This document shows positions 1-7,470 of a stretch of 24,000 nucleotides of DNA, piece after piece; positions within the stretch are counted from its first letter, which is position 1, and every line of letters starts with the position of its first letter. Under the pieces are notes generated by a model. That model saw only the letters and a program-made list of their open reading frames with translations. It did no database searches and was not told where the DNA came from. The DNA lies in assembly GCA_019683615.1 (NCBI GenBank), contig JADGIC010000010.1:7149-31148 (forward strand), read 5' to 3'. The stretch is from Alicyclobacillaceae bacterium. Its GTDB lineage: Bacteria; Bacillota; Bacilli; Alicyclobacillales; Alicyclobacillaceae. Made by a program: the position numbers and the translations under genes.

Positions 1-97
1 TCTCCTGCACCGGCCGGTTCGCGCTCGGGCCGGCCGTGCCGCATCCGACAACGGCAATCGCCGAGGCCAATACGGCTGCAACCCATCGCTTCTTCAT
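1..97 (-). CDS. 5' end of a lipoprotein gene that continues past the left edge. Product unknown; plausibly a solute-binding lipoprotein under SAM control.
   Basis: Manual minus-strand translation from ATG 97..95 gives MKKRWVAAVLASAIAVVGCGTAGPSANRPVQE. This has a basic n-region, a hydrophobic core and a lipobox-like VVGC. A GGGGGAG Shine-Dalgarno lies at 105..111, 7 nt upstream. It is absent from the ORF track because the window edge truncates it. Confidence 0.6.
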   Translation of the reverse strand, partial: MKKRWVAAVLASAIAVVGCGTAGPSANRPVQE

Positions 98-173
98 ATT
101 CTGTCTCCCCCTGCCACTGACTGGTTGGCGTGTTGTGCCGCAGCGTCACTGTCACCACCACCAGCCAGACCAC

Positions 174-207
174 AAAAAAAGCCTCTTTCCATCCAATAAA
201 AAGAGGC
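174..207 (-). terminator. Intrinsic terminator, the expression platform of the S-box leader
   Basis: On the minus strand: GCCTCTTT (207..200), an 11-nt loop, AAAGAGGC (188..181), then TTTTTTT (180..174). This is an 8-bp perfect stem plus a 7-U tract. It sits between the SAM aptamer and the lipoprotein start codon. Confidence 0.85.
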
Positions 208-216
208 GTTCGGCAG

Positions 217-317
217 CCTTATCTCTCAGGAAAAGTCCTGCAGGATTTGGCACCGTGCCGGACGCGGTCGGTTGCCGGGCATCATCGGGCCAGTCCCTCC
301 GCCAACTCTGGATAAGG
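217..317 (-). promoter_or_regulatory. SAM-I riboswitch (S-box) aptamer
   Basis: The minus strand reads CCTTATCCAGAGTTGGCGGAGGGACTGGCCCGATGATGCCCGGCAACC...GGTGCCAAATCCTGCAGG...CTGAGAGATAAGG. It matches the conserved S-box core (TTATCnAGAG / GGnGGAGGGAcTGGCCCnATGAnnCCCgGCAACC / GGTGCnAAnTCCngCAG). P1 closes as CCTTATC/GATAAGG. The terminator follows. Confidence 0.85.
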
Positions 318-451
318 TTGTTCAGTTCATGTTGTCGCACGCCAGTGACACTGGCTTGGTGGCGCAGCTGACGCAACGCCGCGAAGGAACCGGCGATGCC
401 CGGTTGACGGGCGCCGACTCCGCACGCGCGCCTGTGTTCACGTTGCCCCTT

Positions 452-481
452 ACTATATCGAACAGGCTCGACGGGTGTCAA
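452..481 (-). promoter_or_regulatory. Sigma-A-type promoter driving the S-box/lipoprotein transcript
   Basis: Minus strand: TTGACA (481..476), 18-nt spacer, TATAGT (457..452). The predicted transcription start is about 125 nt upstream of the aptamer. Confidence 0.55.
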
Positions 482-502
482 TAGAATTCGATCACTCGCC
501 TG

Positions 503-531
503 TTGTACATTTAGCTATTTAGCTATATACT
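503..531 (+). promoter_or_regulatory. Promoter of the ArsR/SdpR-like gene with an embedded tandem repeat (candidate operator). It predicts a leaderless mRNA.
   Basis: TTGTAC (503..508), 17-nt spacer, TATACT (526..531). The spacer consists of ATTTAGCT ATTTAGCT (509..524), which contains two copies of the palindromic hexamer TAGCTA. The -10 ends 6 nt before the ATG at 538 and there is no Shine-Dalgarno. Confidence 0.5.
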
Positions 532-537
532 CAAACC

Positions 538-864
538 ATGAACGATCACGTCTTTCGCGCGATGGCCGATCCCACGCGCCGCAAAATCCTCGAGCTGTTG
601 CGGGGCGGGCCGATGGCGGCGGGTGAAATCGCCGAGCAGTTCCCGCACGCGCAACCGACCGTCAGCCGCCACCTGAGCGTGCTCAAGAACGCCGGGCTGG
701 TGGCCGACGAACGAAGAGGCCCGTACGTGATCTACCGCCTCAACACGACCGTGTTGCAGGACTGGTTGGCGTGGCTGCTGGACCGCTTCGGAGAGGGCGA
801 AGACAAAGCGGAAGGGAGGGGTTCCGATGAACCCGAACAACATGACGCCGGACGCGCACGTTGA
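538..864 (+). CDS. ArsR/SmtB-family (SdpR-like) winged-helix transcriptional regulator
   Basis: The N-terminal FRAMADPTRRKILELL...GEIAEQF...QPTVSRHLSVLKNAGLV is the ArsR-family HTH signature. No ELCVCD-type metal-binding cysteines are present. It overlaps and precedes an SdpI-like gene, as in sdpRI. Confidence 0.85.
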   Translation: MNDHVFRAMADPTRRKILELLRGGPMAAGEIAEQFPHAQPTVSRHLSVLKNAGLVADERRGPYVIYRLNTTVLQDWLAWLLDRFGEGEDKAEGRGSDEPEQHDAGRAR

Positions 865-1498
865 CCGTCCGGGTAGCGCAGTGCCCTGGTGGGGGTGGCT
901 GGCGTGGCTGGCTTGCGTTGCCACCAGCGCCGCCCTGTACCCGCACCTGCCTTCAGTGGTGGCCACCCACTTTGACGCTGCCGGACGGCCGAACGGCTAC
1001 AGTCCCCGGTGGCTTGCGGTCAGCGTGGCACCGGGCCTCACCCTCATCCTGCTTTTGTTGTGGCAGGGGCTGTGGCGCATCGACCCGAAGCGCGCCAACT
1101 ACTCGTCGTTTTGGTCCACGTACCGGCTGCTGGGCGGGTGTCTGGCGGTATTCATGGCGGTGACCAACGCCTGGATGCTCACGCGCAACCTGCGCCCGGC
1201 GCTGCCGGTCCAGTTGGTGCCGTGCATCGTCGGCCTGTTCATCATGTTCCTCTCCAACCTGTTGCCGCGCGTGCAGCCCAACTGGTGGCTGGGGATCCGT
1301 ACGCCGTGGACGCTCTCCAGCGAGGAAGCGTGGCGCAAGACGCACCGCCTGGGCGGCCAACTGGGAGTAGTGGCCGGACTGGTGATGGTGGTGTGCGCCT
1401 GGGTGCTGCCGCCGCAAGCCGCGGTGTACGGGGTGCTGGGACCGCTGGTGGTCTGGGTCATCGTGACCACGCTGGCCTCCTACCTGTACACCCGCTGA
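827..1498 (+). CDS. SdpI/YhfL-family polytopic membrane protein (DUF1648-like N-terminus)
   Basis: Contains NWWLGIRTPWTLSSEEAWRKTHRLGG, the SdpI-family motif, and an N-terminal HLPSVVATHFDAAGRPNGYS. Multiple hydrophobic helices are present. A strong GGGAGGGG Shine-Dalgarno lies about 6 nt before ATG 827. It overlaps the regulator gene by 38 nt. Confidence 0.8.
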   Translation: MNPNNMTPDAHVDRPGSAVPWWGWLAWLACVATSAALYPHLPSVVATHFDAAGRPNGYSPRWLAVSVAPGLTLILLLLWQGLWRIDPKRANYSSFWSTYRLLGGCLAVFMAVTNAWMLTRNLRPALPVQLVPCIVGLFIMFLSNLLPRVQPNWWLGIRTPWTLSSEEAWRKTHRLGGQLGVVAGLVMVVCAWVLPPQAAVYGVLGPLVVWVIVTTLASYLYTR

Positions 1499-1564
1499 CG
1501 ACGCCGACCGCAAACCTTAGGCGGCCCTGGCGACTGCGGCTGCCGATGACCTAACATTTTCCAT

Positions 1565-1583
1565 GGCACCCTGAAGGGGTGCC
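1565..1583. terminator. Hairpin between the convergent sdpI-like and hisIE genes (possible weak or bidirectional terminator)
   Basis: GGCACCC (1565..1571), tgaag loop, GGGTGCC (1577..1583). Only a poor T-tract follows (CTCCCTTTG). Confidence 0.35.
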
Positions 1584-1659
1584 CTCCCTTTGCCAGGCGC
1601 ACTTCGCCGCTACGGTTCGCGTCCACGGTTTTCAGCCTGCCAACTTGCCCGCGCATCCA

Positions 1660-2475
1660 TCAGCGCGCGCGGCTGTGCAGCACCTGCGCGACATCGGCCG
1701 GATGTACTCCCGCCAAGCGCCACAGCACCAGAAGGTGGTACAGCAGGTCCGCGCTCTCCTGTGCCAGCTCCCGGTGGCCGGCCGCCGCGGGGCTTTCGCC
1801 CGCCGGGCGCCACGCCTGCGCGTGCGCAACCGCGTTTTTCGCCGCCAGCGCCACTTCCACCGCTTCCTCGCCGACCTTCTTGGCCGCCTTGTCCACTCCT
1901 TGCGTAAACAGGTAGGTGGTGTACGAACCCTCGGGCCGATCCCGCCAGCGCCGCTCAATCACCTGCCAAAGTGCATCCAGAACGTCCCAGGCTGCCTCTT
2001 GGCTCGGTTGCTCCAACCGGGAGGCGTCGCCCGCATCGGTCGATTCCTCCGGCTCGGGGTCGCCTGTCGCACCCGGATCGCCCGGGTTGTCTGTCTCGGC
2101 CGGATCGCCCCGATCGGCCGGGTCGCTGTGCAGTGTACGGACCAACCGGCGGTGGAAACAGCTGACCTCGCCGGTGTGGCAGGCCGGTCCCGCTGGCTCG
2201 ACCAGGTACAGGACCGCGTCGCCGTCACAGTCGAGACGCACCTCCGCCACCCGCATGACGTGCCCCGAGGTGGCGCCTTTGCGCCAGTAGTCCTGGCGGG
2301 ATCGGCTCCAGAACCAAGCTTGGCCAGTGTCGAGGGTCCGCTTCAGCGCCTCCCGGTTCGCGTACGCCAGCATCAACACCTCGCCGGTGCGCACGTCCTG
2401 CACCACAACGGGCACCAGGCCGCTCCGGGCATCGTAGCGCACCGCCTCCAGCGCCGCAGCAAACGGCTCCGCCAT
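1660..2475 (-). CDS. hisIE: Bifunctional phosphoribosyl-AMP cyclohydrolase / phosphoribosyl-ATP pyrophosphatase
   Basis: HisI motifs are present ([33 protein letters not shown]). A HisE C-terminus is present ([20 protein letters not shown]...[10 protein letters not shown]). ATG 2475..2473 forms an ATGA overlap with the hisF stop. An alternative upstream start exists at 2496. Confidence 0.9.
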   Translation of the reverse strand: MAEPFAAALEAVRYDARSGLVPVVVQDVRTGEVLMLAYANREALKRTLDTGQAWFWSRSRQDYWRKGATSGHVMRVAEVRLDCDGDAVLYLVEPAGPACHTGEVSCFHRRLVRTLHSDPADRGDPAETDNPGDPGATGDPEPEESTDAGDASRLEQPSQEAAWDVLDALWQVIERRWRDRPEGSYTTYLFTQGVDKAAKKVGEEAVEVALAAKNAVAHAQAWRPAGESPAAAGHRELAQESADLLYHLLVLWRLAGVHPADVAQVLHSRAR

Positions 2476-3254
2476 CACGCCACCCCCGGTGTCCACCGCA
2501 CCGGCACCCCCCGCTGACGCAGGTACGACTTCACCTGACCGATGGACGTCTCCGCGAAGTGGAACACGCTGGCGGCCAGTGCCGCATCAGCCTTTCCTTC
2601 CGTCAGGACCTTCGCAAAATGCTCCTTCTTGCCGGCGCCGCCGCTGGCGATGACGGGCACGCGCACCGCCTCCGCCACCAAGCGGGTGAGCGTCAAGTCG
2701 TACCCTTCGCGGGTGCCGTCCTGGCGGAAGCTGGTCAGCAGAATCTCGCCGGCCCCCAGCGACGCTGCCTTCTTCGCCCAGGTGAGTACGTCGATGCCCG
2801 TCCCCACCTTGCCGCCCTTGACCATCACCTCGTATTGGCCCATCCGCTCGTTCAAGTTGGCGTCGATGGCCACCACCACGCACTGCTCGCCGAACCGGTG
2901 GGCCGCCTCGCGGATCAGGTTGGAGTCGCGCACAGCGCCGGTGTTCATCGACACCTTGTCCGCGCCGGCCAACAGCAACTCGCGGACGTCGTCGACCGTC
3001 GAGACGCCACCGCCGACCGTCAGCGGGATGTTCACCCGCGCAGCCACCTGTTCAACCACCCGCCGCGTCGCCAACCGCCCCTCCTCTGAAGCGGAGATGT
3101 CGAGCAGGACCAGTTCGTCCGCCCCTTCGCGGCAATAGACCTCCGCGAGTTCGACCGGATCGCCCGCGTCCCGCCGCTGGTGGAGAAAACCGACGTGCTT
3201 GACCACGCGCCCGTCGAGCACATCGAAACACGGGATGATGCGCTTCGTCAGCAT
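2475..3254 (-). CDS. hisF: Imidazole glycerol phosphate synthase cyclase subunit
   Basis: [68 protein letters not shown] and [10 protein letters not shown] are all present. An AAGGAGG Shine-Dalgarno lies 7 nt upstream, inside the hisA 3' end. Confidence 0.95.
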   Translation of the reverse strand: MLTKRIIPCFDVLDGRVVKHVGFLHQRRDAGDPVELAEVYCREGADELVLLDISASEEGRLATRRVVEQVAARVNIPLTVGGGVSTVDDVRELLLAGADKVSMNTGAVRDSNLIREAAHRFGEQCVVVAIDANLNERMGQYEVMVKGGKVGTGIDVLTWAKKAASLGAGEILLTSFRQDGTREGYDLTLTRLVAEAVRVPVIASGGAGKKEHFAKVLTEGKADAALAASVFHFAETSIGQVKSYLRQRGVPVRWTPGVA

Positions 3255-4186
3255 GGGCCTGCCTCCTTCCCAGCCTGGCCGTTCGCGGGCTGTCCTGCCA
3301 CAGCGCGTCCGGCTCCAGGACCCGCCGCCCGGCCGGCCGCCTGGTCACCTGGCAATCCGCCCGCCACCGCGCGCCGCACGGCCGCCAACGCCTCCCGCAG
3401 GTCGAGCGTGCCGTCGTACAGTGAGCGGCCGGCGATGGCGCCTGCCAGGCCGGCCTGCAACGCCGCCAACACGTCGTCAACGCCGCGCACGCCGCCAGAG
3501 GCGATGGCGCGCAAACCCGATCGCCGCTGTACCTCCTGCGCCAAGGCGATGTTGGCGCCGCCAAGCGTTCCGTCCCGGTCGACGTCGGTCACCAGTGCCC
3601 AGCGCACACCGACGGCCGCCAGGCGAATCGCGACCTCGGCCATGTCCGCCTCCGTCTGCTCCAGCCAGCCGCGCACGGCGACCTTGCCTCCGCGCCCGTC
3701 GAGTCCCGCGACCAGGGCGTCACCACCAAACCGGGCCACCGCCTGCTCCATCCACGCCGTGTCCAGGGCCGCCGTGCCAATCACGCAGCGAGCCACCCCG
3801 TGGTCCAGCCAACGCGCCACTGCGTCGTGATGGCGGATGCCGCCGCCCACCTGGACGCGGGCACCGGCCTGCGACGCCAATCGCACCACGTCGCCGATGA
3901 CGCCCGCATTCACCGCCGACCCGCTGCGCGCCCCGTCCAGGTCGACCACGTGCAACCAGCTCGCGCCTTGCTCCAACCAGCGCTCGGCCACCACGCGCGG
4001 GTCTGCGGCGTACTCGGTCTTCGCCGCGTAGTCACCCTTGAACAGCCGCACGCACGCCCCGCCCAGGATGTCGATGGCGGGGATGAGGTCAAACCCCGCC
4101 TGGCCATCTGCTTGCGACTGGTCGCGCAAGCCGGCGAGATCAACCGCGAAGGCCTCCCTGTTCCATTCCGCTTGCCTGTCAGACAC
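3248..4186 (-). CDS. hisA: ProFAR isomerase (HisA) with about 30-aa N-terminal and about 40-aa Ala/Gly/Pro-rich C-terminal extensions
   Basis: The core contains [47 protein letters not shown] and ASGGV. GTG 4186 has an AGGAGA Shine-Dalgarno 8 nt upstream and overlaps the hisH stop by 8 nt. The stop overlaps the hisF start by 7 nt. The exact start is uncertain. Confidence 0.85.
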   Translation of the reverse strand: MSDRQAEWNREAFAVDLAGLRDQSQADGQAGFDLIPAIDILGGACVRLFKGDYAAKTEYAADPRVVAERWLEQGASWLHVVDLDGARSGSAVNAGVIGDVVRLASQAGARVQVGGGIRHHDAVARWLDHGVARCVIGTAALDTAWMEQAVARFGGDALVAGLDGRGGKVAVRGWLEQTEADMAEVAIRLAAVGVRWALVTDVDRDGTLGGANIALAQEVQRRSGLRAIASGGVRGVDDVLAALQAGLAGAIAGRSLYDGTLDLREALAAVRRAVAGGLPGDQAAGRAAGPGAGRAVAGQPANGQAGKEAGPC

Positions 4187-4841
4187 CGGCCATCTCTCCT
4201 TTGCGCGCAGACCAGTCCCGGCACAGCGTCACGAAATTGGCCAGGATGCGCTCCCCCACCGGGCCACTTTTCTCCGGGTGGAACTGGGTGCCGAACACCT
4301 GGTCGCGCCCGACCACGGCCGGCACCGTGACACCGCCGTACTCGGCCGCCGCCAACAGGTGTTGCTGGTCCTGGACGACGGCATGGTACGAGTGGACGAA
4401 ATACACATAGTCGCCGGGACGGACGCCCGCCAACAGCGGGTGCGGCCGCACGAACGTGAGGTCGTTCCAGCCCATGTGGGGCACCTTGACACGGGACCCG
4501 AAGCGCACCACGCGCCCGGGAAACACGCCGAGGCCCACGTGGGTCCCGTGCTCCTCGCTGAGCGAGAACAACAGCTGCATGCCGAGGCAGATGCCGAGTA
4601 CCGGCCGGCCCTCCTGGATGGCCCGGCGAATAGCGCCCAGCAAACCCGAAGCCCGGAGTTGAAACATCGCGTCGCCGAACGCTCCGACGCCCGGCAGAAC
4701 GACGCCTGACACGCGAGGGCTGACGGCCAGCTCGTTCCAATCCTCGCCGCGGCTCACCACCTCGGTCTCCTCGCCGGCTCGGGCGAAACCGCTGCGCACG
4801 CTGGAGAGGTTGCCGATGCCCAGGTCAAAGACGACTATCAC
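4179..4841 (-). CDS. hisH: Imidazole glycerol phosphate synthase glutamine amidotransferase subunit
   Basis: GICLGMQLL (catalytic Cys), HMGWN, FVHSY and QFHPEKS are present. The GTG start forms a GTGA overlap with the stop of the upstream hisD::hisB ORF. Confidence 0.93.
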   Translation of the reverse strand: MIVVFDLGIGNLSSVRSGFARAGEETEVVSRGEDWNELAVSPRVSGVVLPGVGAFGDAMFQLRASGLLGAIRRAIQEGRPVLGICLGMQLLFSLSEEHGTHVGLGVFPGRVVRFGSRVKVPHMGWNDLTFVRPHPLLAGVRPGDYVYFVHSYHAVVQDQQHLLAAAEYGGVTVPAVVGRDQVFGTQFHPEKSGPVGERILANFVTLCRDWSARKGEMAGV

Positions 4842-6829
4842 TCGAGCACCCCCTTGCTGCTCGGCACCGCGTCTCCGTCCGGGCTCGTCGCTTGCCGGAG
4901 CGCCGCACCGACCGCCTTGAACATGGCCTCAATCATGTGGTGGCTGTCCGCGCCGTACAGGACCGCCAGGTGCAGTGCGAAGCGCCCCTCGTGGGCGAAC
5001 GACTTGAAAAACTCCCGGGCCAGCTCCGTCGGGAAGGTGCCCACGCGCTCCGCCGGGATATCCGCCTGCCAGACGAACGACGGGCGACCCGACAGGTCGA
5101 CGACAGCGCGCGCCAACGTCTCGTCCATCGGCGTGTGCCGCTCGCCGTACCGCCGGATCCCGCGCTTGTCACCGAGCGCTTGGTGCAGCGCCTTGCCGAG
5201 GCACAGCCCGATATCCTCCACCAAGTGGTGGTCGTCCACCGCCACGTCGCCCGTGGCCCGCACCGTCAGATCAAACCGCCCGTGCACCGCGAAAAGGTGC
5301 AGCATGTGCTGGAGGAACGGCACTGGAAACTCCAGCCGGGCTTCGCCGCGCCCACGCAGGTTCAGCTCCAGCTGCACCGACGTCTCACCGGTCGTGCGCG
5401 ACACCGCCGCCCGCAGCGGCGGGCTGGCCGAGGGTTGGGACAAACCAGCCGCCGGCTGGCCGGCAGCCGGCAGCTCGGCGGCCACCGGACCTGTCACCGG
5501 CCCCGCCACCCCACTGGTTGCCGCAACGCCTGCCGGCCGGTCGGCAACGGCTGCAGCGCGCACTTCAACGGCCCGCGCGTGCGCCTCCAGTCCCTCCGCC
5601 CGGGCCAGCCGCACGACGTCCGCCTGGTGCCGGGCGAGCGTTTCCGGCGTGTACGCCGCAAACGACATCCGCCGCAAAAAGTCGTGGACGCCGAGACCCG
5701 AAGCGAAGCGAGCGCTGCCGTGGGTAGGTAGAACGTGGTTCGTGCCGGCATAGTAGTCCGCCACCGGCTCCGGCGTGAAGTGCCCCACAAACACGGCACC
5801 CGCTGTCCGCACGCCGTCCAGCCAGCGCTCGGCGTCCGCGACCAACAGCTCCAGGTGTTCCGGCGCGCTGCGGTTGACCACGTCCAGCGCCTCGGCCGGC
5901 GACGCCGCCAGCACCACGGCCCCCCAACGGCCAAGCGCCTGGGCGGCGATGTCCCGCTTCGGCAGGTCGGCCAGTTGCCGGTCCAACTCTGCCTCCACCC
6001 GATCCGCCAGGGCGGGAGAGAGGGTGACCAGCACAGCGCCCGCCTCAGGGTCGTGTTCCGCTTGGGCCAGCATGTCCGCTGCCACACAGGCCGGGTCGGC
6101 GCTGTCGTCGGCGACGATGAACACCTCGCTGGGCCCTGCCAGGCTGTCGATGCCAACGTCACCCATGACCGCCCGCTTGGCGAGGGTCACGTACAGGTTA
6201 CCGGGCCCGGCCACCTTGTCCACCCGCGAGATGGTCTGTGTCCCGTAGGCCAGCGCCGCGATGGCCTGCGCCCCGCCGACGCGGTACACCTCCTGCACCC
6301 CCAGCAGGTGTGCCGCCGCCATCACCAGCGGGTGCGGGAGCCCGGTGTCGCGCTGCGGCGGCGACACCAGCACCACCTCGTCGACGCCGGCCACCTGCGC
6401 CGGGATTACGTTCATCAGCACCGTCGACGGATACGCCGCCCGGCCGCCCGGGGCGTAGACGCCCACCCGCCTTAGCGGCCGCCACACCCAGCCCAGGCGC
6501 TCGCCGTCCGCACCCGTCCACGCCGCGTCAGCCGGGCGCTGCTGGGCGTGGAACCGGCGGATGCGGTCCGCCGCCCGCTCCAGCGCCCCCTGCAGGTCCG
6601 GGTCGAGCGCCGCCCAGGCCCTTTCCAGTTCCGCTGTGTCGATCCGCAGGTGAAAGGCGGGATCCGCCGCGGCGGGGAAGTCGTGCTCAGCGGTGAAGTG
6701 GCGCACCGCCTCGTCCCCGCGGGCGCGCACCGCCCCGATGATCTGTTGCACCACCCGCATCGCCGTCTCGTCGGCCTCCGGGCTGCGCCGCCACGCCCAG
6801 TCGGCGGCTGCCGCTCGCCGCAGCTTCAT
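4838..6829 (-). CDS. hisD-hisB: Single ORF fusing histidinol dehydrogenase (N-terminal, about 424 aa) to imidazoleglycerol-phosphate dehydratase (C-terminal, about 188 aa) through a 51-aa Ala/Pro/Gly linker
   Basis: The HisD part has VYAPGG, AGPGN, AGPSEV, LAQAEHD and GTNHVLPT, and ends with the usual EGLEAHARAVEVR. There is no stop codon. The linker is AAAVADRPAGVAATSGVAGPVTGPVAAELPAAGQPAAGLSQPSASPPLRAA. IGPD follows (SRTTGETSVQLELNL, DDHHLVEDIGLCLG, SHHMIEAMFKAVG). The start ATG 6829 forms an ATGA overlap with the hisG stop. The track ORF extension to 7180 is upstream read-through. Confidence 0.85.
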   Translation of the reverse strand: MKLRRAAAADWAWRRSPEADETAMRVVQQIIGAVRARGDEAVRHFTAEHDFPAAADPAFHLRIDTAELERAWAALDPDLQGALERAADRIRRFHAQQRPADAAWTGADGERLGWVWRPLRRVGVYAPGGRAAYPSTVLMNVIPAQVAGVDEVVLVSPPQRDTGLPHPLVMAAAHLLGVQEVYRVGGAQAIAALAYGTQTISRVDKVAGPGNLYVTLAKRAVMGDVGIDSLAGPSEVFIVADDSADPACVAADMLAQAEHDPEAGAVLVTLSPALADRVEAELDRQLADLPKRDIAAQALGRWGAVVLAASPAEALDVVNRSAPEHLELLVADAERWLDGVRTAGAVFVGHFTPEPVADYYAGTNHVLPTHGSARFASGLGVHDFLRRMSFAAYTPETLARHQADVVRLARAEGLEAHARAVEVRAAAVADRPAGVAATSGVAGPVTGPVAAELPAAGQPAAGLSQPSASPPLRAAVSRTTGETSVQLELNLRGRGEARLEFPVPFLQHMLHLFAVHGRFDLTVRATGDVAVDDHHLVEDIGLCLGKALHQALGDKRGIRRYGERHTPMDETLARAVVDLSGRPSFVWQADIPAERVGTFPTELAREFFKSFAHEGRFALHLAVLYGADSHHMIEAMFKAVGAALRQATSPDGDAVPSSKGVLE

Positions 6830-7470
6830 CACGGGGTCACCTCCAGTTCGACGAGCGCTTCCCGCAGGCGGTCCACCACATTCAGCACCGCGGCTCGCTT
6901 CGTGTGATAGCTGGATCGGTTGGCAATCAGGCGGGCTGAGACGTCCAGCACCTCGTCGTACACCACAAGCCCGTTGGCGGCAAGCGTGGCGCCGGTCTGC
7001 ACAAGGTCGAACACGCGATCGGCAAGTCCGATGACCGCTGCCAACTCGATGGACCCGCTCAACACGACGATTTCCACCGCCTGGCCGAGGCTGCGAAAGT
7101 ATTGGTCGGCCAGCCGCGGGTACTTGGTCGCCACCCGCCGCGGGCGCCGGCTGCGCTCCTCGGGCCGTCCGGCCACGCACAGCTTGCAGCGGGCGGCCCT
7201 CAGGTCGAGCAGCTCATACACCTCGCGGTCGCTTTCCAGCAGGACGTCCTTGCCGACCACGCCGACATCCGCCACACCAAAGGCGACGTAGGTGGGCACG
7301 TCCGCCGGCTTCGCAAGCAGGTACCGGAAGGCTCCGCCATCTTCGCCCCGCACGTGAAACACCAGTGCGCGGCTGTCGTCCAGGTCGTCGGGCAACGGCA
7401 GGCCGGCTCGCCGCCACAGCGGGAGCACGCCGTCTGCCGTGCGCCCTTTCGCCAGCGCGACGGTCAACAT
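6829..7470 (-). CDS. hisG: ATP phosphoribosyltransferase, short (HisZ-dependent) form
   Basis: MLTVALAKGR..., DVPTYVAFGVADVGVVGKDVL, ATKYP and LSGSIELAAVIGLADRVFDLVQTGATLAANGL are present. The 213-aa length fits the short form. ATG 7470 overlaps the hisZ stop by 7 nt. The track ORF extension to 8223 is an artefact. Confidence 0.93.
   Translation of the reverse strand: MLTVALAKGRTADGVLPLWRRAGLPLPDDLDDSRALVFHVRGEDGGAFRYLLAKPADVPTYVAFGVADVGVVGKDVLLESDREVYELLDLRAARCKLCVAGRPEERSRRPRRVATKYPRLADQYFRSLGQAVEIVVLSGSIELAAVIGLADRVFDLVQTGATLAANGLVVYDEVLDVSARLIANRSSYHTKRAAVLNVVDRLREALVELEVTP

Noticed and set aside
152-484. ORFs 152..481(-) and 272..484(+) covering the region upstream of the lipoprotein gene.
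   Set aside because: They span the SAM-I riboswitch and its terminator, so the sequence is explained by the RNA element.
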